From positions 1 to 57,639 of the forward strand of contig CALPMA020000001.1 in assembly GCA_943324545.2 (NCBI GenBank): DNA of 57,639 bases, written 5' to 3'. Below the pieces are notes generated by a model. That model was not told the origin of the DNA, did not search any database, and saw only the letters and a list, made by a program, of their open reading frames with translations. This document shows positions 51,119 through 57,639 of the stretch, in pieces. The number at the start of each line of letters is the position of its first letter. Positions within the stretch are counted from its first letter, which is position 1. Source of the stretch: Chitinophaga pinensis. Lineage in GTDB: Bacteria; Bacteroidota; Bacteroidia; Flavobacteriales; Flavobacteriaceae. Position numbers and translations under genes: made by a program.

Positions 51119-51899
51119 ATACTTTATTTAAAAACGAAATTACGGTGAAATTAAAAGTAAGTGGTTGTTCAATATTTACAACATGACCACATTGTTGAAC
51201 TACAAATAGTTGAGAGGATTTAAAATGCTTTTCTACTACTTTTCTAACTGAAGGAAGAAACATGTAATCTTCTTCACCCATAATATAAAGTGTTGGTATA
51301 CACAATTCTTCTTGGCGGAACCACTTTAAAATTGGGTTGATCTCAGCAGTTAACTTAAACCATTTTATAAACTCCTTTTGGTACAATTTCTTAGCTTCAT
51401 TGATGAATAACAAACGAGATTGTTTGTGATTTTTATTAGGCATGATTACAAAAGCAAAGAATTTATATAAAACTAAATAAGGTAATACATACTTAAACAT
51501 ATTTCCTAATCTCATCAAGATCTGAGATCTAAAATTCATCTTTAAAATTGCTCCTCCAAGAATCATACTTTGAACCCGTTCAGGATGCATTTCTGCCAGT
51601 TGTCGAATTAGAATGGTGCCTAAAGAAATTCCTACAAAATGTGATCTTTCAATTTTTAGATGGTCTAATACTTCTAAAATATCATTGGCTAGCGCAGAAA
51701 AAGTATATTTTTGTTTGAATGCTTTTTTTATTTGCTGGTTAGAATTTCCATGACCTCTTAAATCCAATAACAATACATTGTAGTGCTTTTGAAAATCTCG
51801 AATTTGTTTGTACCAAATAGAAGAACTTCCTCCCGCTCCATGAACAAAAGTAACCCATTGGGCGTCTTTATCTTTTTCATAAACGGTAAAATGTATCAT
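51117..51899 (-). CDS. Alpha/beta fold hydrolase
   Basis: FVHGAGGSS, DLRGHG, GISLG, GEEDYMF, CGHVVN. Confidence 0.88.
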   Translation of the reverse strand: MIHFTVYEKDKDAQWVTFVHGAGGSSSIWYKQIRDFQKHYNVLLLDLRGHGNSNQQIKKAFKQKYTFSALANDILEVLDHLKIERSHFVGISLGTILIRQLAEMHPERVQSMILGGAILKMNFRSQILMRLGNMFKYVLPYLVLYKFFAFVIMPNKNHKQSRLLFINEAKKLYQKEFIKWFKLTAEINPILKWFRQEELCIPTLYIMGEEDYMFLPSVRKVVEKHFKSSQLFVVQQCGHVVNIEQPLTFNFTVISFLNKV

Positions 51900-52069
51900 T
51901 AGATATTTTTTGTAAATATAGAGTAATTCTTCGAAACTCTCCCTAAAAAGGTAATGTTTCGATTAGTTATCTATTATGACAAGAATTGGAAATGTTTATA
52001 TTAAATTCTGAAGAAACAACAATTAATTTAACCCGTTATCAGAGTGGAATTTATAAAGAAGTAACTCTA

Positions 52070-52879
52070 TTATAAATTTACTGCCATTTCCAACTGCATT
52101 TTCTGTGCTTCTTCCCTTGCCTTTTCTGCAAAATCGACTCCGATTGAAGCATAAATTATTGCTCTAGAAGAGTTGATTAGTAAACCTATATTGGTATTCA
52201 TTCCATATTTACAAACTTCAGAAAGACTTCCTCCTTGGGCTCCCACCCCAGGAACTAACAAGAAACTATCCGGGATAATTTTACGGATTTCTTTAAAATA
52301 TTCTGCTTTAGTAGCACCTACAACATACATTAGGTTTTCAGAATTTTTCCAAGTTTTGGATGTTTCCAATACTTGTTTATATAATTCCTTTCCGTCAACA
52401 TTCAAAGTTTGAAAATCAAAAGCACCTTCATTAGAAGTCAAAGCCAACATAATAGTATATTTGTTTTCAAAAGCTAAGAAAGGTTCCACAGAATCTTTTC
52501 CCATGTAAGGAGCTACGGTAACGCTATCAAAATTTAAATCTTCAAAGAAAGCTTTTGCATACATTGAAGAAGTATTTCCAATATCTCCTCGTTTTGCATC
52601 GGCAATTGTAAAGATTTCAGGATATTTATCATTTAGGTAATTAATCGTTTTTTGAAGAGAAATCCAACCTTTAATTCCATAGGCTTCATAAAAAGCAGTG
52701 TTGGGTTTAAAGGAAACTACTAAATCGTGAGTTGCATCTATTATCGCCTTATTGAACTCGAATATAGGATCTTCTAATTTTAATAAATGAGGTGGGATTT
52801 TAGTCAAATCAACATCTAATCCTACACAAAGAAAGGATTTCTTGATTTTTATTTGGTCAATTAGTTGTTGTGTAGTCAT
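52070..52879 (-). CDS. pyrF: Orotidine-5'-phosphate decarboxylase
   Basis: [44 protein letters not shown]. Confidence 0.97.
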   Translation of the reverse strand: MTTQQLIDQIKIKKSFLCVGLDVDLTKIPPHLLKLEDPIFEFNKAIIDATHDLVVSFKPNTAFYEAYGIKGWISLQKTINYLNDKYPEIFTIADAKRGDIGNTSSMYAKAFFEDLNFDSVTVAPYMGKDSVEPFLAFENKYTIMLALTSNEGAFDFQTLNVDGKELYKQVLETSKTWKNSENLMYVVGATKAEYFKEIRKIIPDSFLLVPGVGAQGGSLSEVCKYGMNTNIGLLINSSRAIIYASIGVDFAEKAREEAQKMQLEMAVNL

Positions 52880-52893
52880 TGTTGTGTGTTTAA

Positions 52894-52935
52894 TCGCAAA
52901 GTTCGCAAAGTTTTTCGCAAAGTTCGCAAAGTTTT
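52894..52935. repeat. Perfect 21-bp tandem duplication made of four TCGCAAAGT units
   Basis: TCGCAAAGTTCGCAAAGTTTT at 52894-52914 and 52915-52935, 14 bp upstream of the pyrF ATG. Confidence 0.9.
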
Positions 52936-52937
52936 AT

Positions 52938-52970
52938 AAAAAATGCCAAACTTAATTCAGTGTGGCATTT
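52938..52970 (-). terminator. Probable prfA terminator
   Basis: AAATGCCA...TGGCATTT imperfect hairpin with an A-tract on its left. Confidence 0.5.
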
Positions 52971-53009
52971 ATTATTCAATTATATATCAGTCAATTATCT
53001 TTTTTTCTC

Positions 53010-54086
53010 CTAAAATACTTCACTCGCTTCCTTCAATTTCTCCATGTTATTCACCAATTGTAATTCTTCTACAATTTTTTGAATATCACCATTCATAATA
53101 TTACCTAAATCGTATAAAGTCAATCCCACTCGGTGATCAGTTACACGACCCTGGGAATAATTATAGGTTCGAATTTTCGCAGAACGATCTCCAGAACTTA
53201 CTTGAGAGGAACGCTTTGTAGCATCTTCAGCTTGTTTTTTTGCCAATTCTTGTTCGTACAATCTAGAACGTAAAACGTCCATGGCTTTGTCTTTATTCTT
53301 ATGTTGTGATTTTTGATCCTGACATTGTGCTACTAAACCAGTTGGAACGTGAGTTAAACGAACTGCCGATTTTGTAGTATTTACTGATTGTCCTCCAGGA
53401 CCAGACGAACAGAAGAAATCAATTCGTACATCATTCATATCAATTTGAACATCAAATTCTTCCGCTTCTGGAAGTACCATTACTGTAGCTGCAGAAGTAT
53501 GCACACGCCCCTGAGTTTCTGTTTGTGGTACGCGTTGAACTCGGTGTACACCGGCTTCAAATTTTAAAGTACCGTAAACATCTTCCCCGGTAACCTCAAA
53601 AATAACTTCTTTAAATCCACCGGAAGTTCCTTCATTTATATCTACAACAGAAGTTCTCCAACCTCTATTTTCACAATATTTAGTGTACATTCTGAATAAA
53701 TCTCCGGCAAAAATACTCGCTTCATCACCGCCGGTTCCGGCTCTAATCTCCACCATCACGTTTTTCGCATCTTCCGCATCTTTTGGAATCAATAAAAACT
53801 TAATTTCATCTTCCAAAAGAGGCAATCTGTCTTTCGCTTCTTCCAATTGCATTTTAGCCATTTCCGTCATATCGGCGTCACTTCCATCGGCAATAATCTC
53901 GTTTGCTTCATCAATATTACCTAAAACTACAATGTATTCATTTCGTTTATCGGCAAGTGCTTTTAAACTTTTATATTCCTGATTCAATTGTACATAACGC
54001 TTTTGATCGCTAATTACATCGGGTTGAATAATCAAATCCGATATCTCATCGAAACGTTGTTTAACTATTTGAAGTCTATCTAACAT
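53010..54086 (-). CDS. prfA: Peptide chain release factor 1
   Basis: [21 protein letters not shown] (PxT motif of RF1), [15 protein letters not shown]. Confidence 0.98.
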   Translation of the reverse strand: MLDRLQIVKQRFDEISDLIIQPDVISDQKRYVQLNQEYKSLKALADKRNEYIVVLGNIDEANEIIADGSDADMTEMAKMQLEEAKDRLPLLEDEIKFLLIPKDAEDAKNVMVEIRAGTGGDEASIFAGDLFRMYTKYCENRGWRTSVVDINEGTSGGFKEVIFEVTGEDVYGTLKFEAGVHRVQRVPQTETQGRVHTSAATVMVLPEAEEFDVQIDMNDVRIDFFCSSGPGGQSVNTTKSAVRLTHVPTGLVAQCQDQKSQHKNKDKAMDVLRSRLYEQELAKKQAEDATKRSSQVSSGDRSAKIRTYNYSQGRVTDHRVGLTLYDLGNIMNGDIQKIVEELQLVNNMEKLKEASEVF

Positions 54087-54156
54087 TTTATTTTTCCTTA
54101 TTTAAGTGTGCAAATTTACAAAAAATAGTTGATACAATAAAGTTATCAAATTTACA

Positions 54157-54234
54157 TTTTTTTTGGAGCTTTATCCTGCTTTCCACTATATCCACACTAA
54201 AAAGTTTGGGATACCGCTTCCGTCAGGGCTAGAG
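54157..54234 (-). ncRNA. Structured intergenic repeat, copy D (Flavo-1-like)
   Basis: Minus strand reads CTCTAGC CCTG ACGGAAGCGGT ATCC CAAACT TTTT AGTGT GGAT ATAGTGGAAAG CAGG ATAA AGCT CCAAAAAAAA. Confidence 0.65.
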
Positions 54235-54313
54235 CAAACGTTGTGAAAAAATCAATTATTTCTTAAAAAATTTAACTTGTAATTTTCACAAAATCAGCTA
54301 GATAAATATTATT

Positions 54314-54392
54314 ATTAATAATTATTCTAAATAACTTTTGAAATATAAAATTCAGTAACTACATTTGCACTTTATTTTTAATCAGTCTAAAT
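54314..54392 (+). promoter_or_regulatory. Bacteroidota promoter bracketed by two Fur-type palindromes
   Basis: ATTAATAAT-t-ATTCTAAAT (54314-54332) and ATTTTTAAT-c-AGTCTAAAT (54374-54392) approximate ATTTAGAAT-n-ATTCTAAAT. TTG(54338-40)-N19-TACATTTG(54360-67) lies between them. Confidence 0.7.
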
Positions 54393-54396
54393 AAAT

Positions 54397-56760
54397 ATGA
54401 AAAAGTTGCTCTTTTTACTTCTATTTAACTTCATAAATCTTTACGGTCAAAACACCGGTATTGTAAAAGGAAAAATTGAATCTACAGATGGTTTTCCTGT
54501 TGCCGATTTAATTATCAAACAAGAAAAAAAAGGAATTATGATTAAAACCGATGAAAAAGGAGAATTTATGATTCCAAATTTCCCATTAGGAATTCACACA
54601 TTAGTATTGGAAGGTGAAAAAATAAAGAAACAAACTAAGGAAATTCTGGTTAAAGAGAATGAAACTTATTTTGTGAAATTTACACTTAATAAAGAAATTA
54701 ATGAATTAAAAGAAGTAATTATAAAAATAAAAGAAAGCCCCAATAGAAAAAAGGAAACCATATTATCGGGATTAGAAATAAAACCATTCGACTTACCTCA
54801 AAGTGTCCAAATACTTGGAAATTCTACCTTATTACAACAACAAACGATTCGATTAAGCGAAGTTCTAAAAAATGTAAATGGCGTTTATGTTGGCTCCTCA
54901 AGAGGTGGAGCTCAAGAATCATTATGGTCAAGAGGCTATGATATGACTGCTAACAATGTATTTAAAAACGGTTTTCGCACCAACTCTGGTTCTATGCCTG
55001 AAGTGGCAACTTTAGAAAAAGTAGAAGTTTTAAAAGGAGGATCAGCGCTACTTTTTGGAAATGTAACTCCTGGAGGAATAATCAATTTGGTTACCAAAAA
55101 ACCGATTTTTAAAAATGGTGGAGAAATTTCTTACCAAACCGGTAGTTATTCATTCAATAAACCAACTATAGATTTGTACGGTCCTATTTCGAAAAAGATT
55201 GCCTATAGAATGATTTCAACCTATGAAAAAGCAAATAGCTTTAGAGATGTTGTAACCCGAGAGCGCTTTTATATCAATCCATCAATACTACTTAAAAGTA
55301 TAAAATCAGAATTTACATTACAAGGCGATTATCTAAAAGACAATTGGACACCCGATTTTGGAACAGGATCCATTGGAAAAACTATTGCCGATATTCCTCG
55401 TAATACTTATTTAGGTGCAACTTGGTCAAATGGACAAACCTTTCAAACCAATTTTTCAAGCCAGTTTAAACATAAACTTAATTCAAATTGGAAACTAAAT
55501 ATTAATACCGCATTTCAAAATTTTGAGCGTTCTTGGAAAGGTACAGAGCGAATTCAACCAACTGAAAACGGTGATTGGAATAGACCACTCGGTCAATACA
55601 AAATCAAGGAACAGTTAATTGCAAACCAAATAAACTTTTCAGGAACTTACAAAACTGAAAAAATAAAACACCAATTATTTACCGGTTTGGATATTGATAA
55701 TTCAATTGCAGACGTTTATACTTATGTATTCAATCCATTTTTTAATGACACTATAAATATTTACAATTTAAATTTATACCCTCAGAATACCTTAATTCCA
55801 GAAGCTACAAATACTAGAATTGTTCAAACTACTACCAATAACTTTGGAATTTATATCCAGGATTTAATTTCAATCAAAGAAAAAATTAAAATATTGGCTG
55901 GAATTCGTTGGTCGTGGCAAGAAGCACAAGCGGAAAACAATAACTTAATTTCAAATAGCATCTCAAAAGATGACAAAAGAATAAGTAGGGCTTTATCACC
56001 TAAAATTGGAATAGTATACCAACCAACAAATAATACTTCAATTTTTTCGAGTTATTCCAACTCATTTACTCCAAATACAGGAGTTACCATTTACAATGAA
56101 ACCTTGAAACCTTCCATAATTGACCAATATGAAATTGGACTAAAAAAAGATTGTTTTAAGGGATTAATAAGCACTAATATCACATTTTATACCATAATTA
56201 ATAATAATCTAGCCCAAACTGCCGAGCTGAATTTAGATGGAACTCCTAATGCCAATAGTAATATTAAAACCTTAAATGGAGAAACTACGAGTAAAGGGTT
56301 GGAAATAGATATTTCATCAAGTCCAATTGAAGGGTTAACTATTTTGGCAGGATATAGCTATAATGATATGAAATTTACTAAATCAAACGGTGCGTTTGGC
56401 AGTTTTGTAGAAGGGGAACGATTAACTAGAACTCCCTACAATACCGCAAATTTTAGTGCTTTTTATACTATAAACTATGGGAAATTAAGCGGAATTAGTC
56501 TTGGAGTAATTGGAAATTATATTGGTGAAAGATTGGGCGGTTGGAACAATACCTATGGTCAAACTATGCCCGACAGATTAATACCTATCAATGGATACGC
56601 TACATTTGATTTGTCTTTAGGTTATAAATGGAAATCATTTTCAATATTAAGTAAGTTATCCAATGTTGGAAATGTTCTCAATTATACGGTGCATGAAAAT
56701 TACAGCATGAACCCAATTGCACCAAGACAAATTATGACCACAATTAATTATAAATTTTAA
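54397..56760 (+). CDS. TonB-dependent siderophore-type receptor
   Basis: Signal peptide, N-terminal extension, plug DLPQSVQI...RGY...EKVEVLKGGSALLFGNVTPGGIINLVTKKP, barrel ending PRQIMTTINYKF. Confidence 0.93.
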   Translation: MKKLLFLLLFNFINLYGQNTGIVKGKIESTDGFPVADLIIKQEKKGIMIKTDEKGEFMIPNFPLGIHTLVLEGEKIKKQTKEILVKENETYFVKFTLNKEINELKEVIIKIKESPNRKKETILSGLEIKPFDLPQSVQILGNSTLLQQQTIRLSEVLKNVNGVYVGSSRGGAQESLWSRGYDMTANNVFKNGFRTNSGSMPEVATLEKVEVLKGGSALLFGNVTPGGIINLVTKKPIFKNGGEISYQTGSYSFNKPTIDLYGPISKKIAYRMISTYEKANSFRDVVTRERFYINPSILLKSIKSEFTLQGDYLKDNWTPDFGTGSIGKTIADIPRNTYLGATWSNGQTFQTNFSSQFKHKLNSNWKLNINTAFQNFERSWKGTERIQPTENGDWNRPLGQYKIKEQLIANQINFSGTYKTEKIKHQLFTGLDIDNSIADVYTYVFNPFFNDTINIYNLNLYPQNTLIPEATNTRIVQTTTNNFGIYIQDLISIKEKIKILAGIRWSWQEAQAENNNLISNSISKDDKRISRALSPKIGIVYQPTNNTSIFSSYSNSFTPNTGVTIYNETLKPSIIDQYEIGLKKDCFKGLISTNITFYTIINNNLAQTAELNLDGTPNANSNIKTLNGETTSKGLEIDISSSPIEGLTILAGYSYNDMKFTKSNGAFGSFVEGERLTRTPYNTANFSAFYTINYGKLSGISLGVIGNYIGERLGGWNNTYGQTMPDRLIPINGYATFDLSLGYKWKSFSILSKLSNVGNVLNYTVHENYSMNPIAPRQIMTTINYKF

Positions 56761-56818
56761 AAAAAATGGAAACTTACAATTTAAGTTTGATTTCCCCATT
56801 AATTAAATTTATTGAATT

Positions 56819-56849
56819 AAAAAAGGCTGTCGAAATGGACAGCCTTTTT
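56819..56849. terminator. Bidirectional intrinsic terminator
   Basis: AAAAGGCTGTC-gaaatg-GACAGCCTTTT between convergent genes. Confidence 0.85.
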
Positions 56850-56866
56850 ATATTAAATTATAAAAA

Positions 56867-57382
56867 TTACATTTTCTTCATTTGCTCTTTCATCATAGAA
56901 ATCTGATCTTTAAGCATATTTTGTTTATCTAATTTCTTAGCTTCATTCAATAAATTAGTTGCTTCCAATTTCCTTCTTCTTGACATCGCAACTCCAGCTA
57001 AATTCAATTTTGCAACCGCTAAATCCATATCCATAGACAATCCAAATTCAATTGCTTTTTTTAAATATTTCTCAGCTTGAATTAAATTAGTTTGTGATAA
57101 CATAATTCCATGAAGGTAATTAAAATAACCTTGTTGCTTGCGCACCAATGCAGCTTCTGGGTTTTTAATATAGGCTAACCACTTTTGAGCCCCCGGAAAA
57201 TCTTGCTTTCTTAACTTTAAAAAAGCCAATAAAATAAATTCATTTTTGAAATATAAAAAGACCGGAATTAACGATAAGAAAATAAAGAAAATGCCATTTC
57301 CTATTTCTCCATCAGTAAAACTCCATATTCCAGAACCTATAATAAGAGCCGCTAAAATTAGTTTGATGTTTTTGTGAAACAT
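56867..57382 (-). CDS. Membrane-anchored TPR-like hypothetical protein
   Basis: Two N-terminal TM helices, then helical repeats GYFNYLHGI...AEKYLKKAI and AKLNLAGVA...ATNLLNEAKK. Confidence 0.7.
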   Translation of the reverse strand: MFHKNIKLILAALIIGSGIWSFTDGEIGNGIFFIFLSLIPVFLYFKNEFILLAFLKLRKQDFPGAQKWLAYIKNPEAALVRKQQGYFNYLHGIMLSQTNLIQAEKYLKKAIEFGLSMDMDLAVAKLNLAGVAMSRRRKLEATNLLNEAKKLDKQNMLKDQISMMKEQMKKM

Positions 57383-57446
57383 AATATTTGATTAATTGTT
57401 TTTGCAAAGATAGTAAAAGGAATTTAAAATATTTTTACAAAACTAC

Positions 57447-57476
57447 TTGCAAAGAATAAAACTCTTTGTATATTTG
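57447..57476 (+). promoter_or_regulatory. Consensus Bacteroidota sigma-A promoter of rpmH
   Basis: TTG(57447-49)-N19-TATATTTG(57469-76). Confidence 0.75.
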
Positions 57477-57549
57477 CACTCGGTTTTAGAAATTTATTTT
57501 AGTAAAACCTATCAAGATATTTTAATACAAGATTTAAAGATAACAAACA

Positions 57550-57639
57550 ATGAGCAAAAGAACGTTTCAACCATCGAAAAGAAAGAGAAGAAATAAGCAC
57601 GGATTTATGGACAGAATGGCTTCTGCTAATGGAAGAAAA
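57550..57639 (+). CDS. rpmH: 50S ribosomal protein L34 (5' part, truncated by window end)
   Basis: Hand translation [30 protein letters not shown]. Confidence 0.96.
   Translation, partial: MSKRTFQPSKRKRRNKHGFMDRMASANGRK

Noticed and set aside
314-53982. Short ORFs of 60-135 aa overlapping long genes in other frames or strands (e.g. 592-999, 6198-6506, 7325-7606, 37339-37614, 53683-53982)
   Set aside because: They lie inside well-supported CDSs, have no recognisable motifs and read like antisense or off-frame shadows.
53010-54086. Programmed frameshift in the release-factor gene
   Set aside because: This is RF1 (PxT motif) with a continuous ORF; the known frameshift belongs to prfB.
36970-54234. 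Repeated element as cobalamin riboswitch, tRNA or CRISPR repeat
   Set aside because: No B12-box or tRNA arms are recognisable. Copies are dispersed and divergent rather than regularly spaced, and they also flank genes unrelated to B12.
54397-56760. TonB-dependent receptor as the missing SusC of the glucan locus
   Set aside because: It is siderophore-receptor type in size and motifs, has Fur-type boxes, has no susD neighbour and lies over 30 kb away.
57383-57549. Replication origin near rpmH or in the AT-rich spacer at 23300-23640
   Set aside because: No clustered DnaA boxes (TTATCCACA) seen, and no dnaA within the window.

Overview
AT-rich Flavobacteriaceae (very likely Flavobacterium) chromosomal window. 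Taxonomic cues are T9SS C-terminal sorting domains, TTG-N19-TAnnTTTG promoters and the typical gene set. Housekeeping genes (bcp, nth, ECF sigma, uvrA, udk, methylmalonyl-CoA mutase, meaB, icmF, pyrF, prfA, 5' part of rpmH) flank a ~19.5-kb all-minus-strand beta-1,3-glucan (laminarin-type) utilization locus at 3803-23296. It encodes two GH16, GH17, a GH30 split by a 1-nt frameshift in an A8-C-A9 tract, a GH149 phosphorylase, a GPH-family MFS transporter, a beta-propeller/Y_Y_Y/LuxR regulator and glycan-binding proteins. The locus has no SusC/SusD pair. The position after the regulator is occupied by a 1040-aa protein that appears to fuse a clan GH-A hydrolase to a ~600-aa outer-membrane beta-barrel, followed by a lipoprotein. 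This is the best candidate for an undescribed system: plug-less, possibly TonB-independent, enzyme-coupled glycan uptake. Other notable items: paired candidate operator boxes for the locus regulator, a probable sulfonolipid (capnine) synthesis pair next to a COG4313-like barrel, 4-5 copies of a structured ~80-nt intergenic element (Flavo-1-like), an Nth lacking Fe-S cysteines, an uncalled 47-aa ORF after the ECF sigma, and two Fur-type boxes at a siderophore receptor. No tRNA, rRNA, CRISPR array or transposase was seen. All family calls come from motif recognition by eye; no searches were run.
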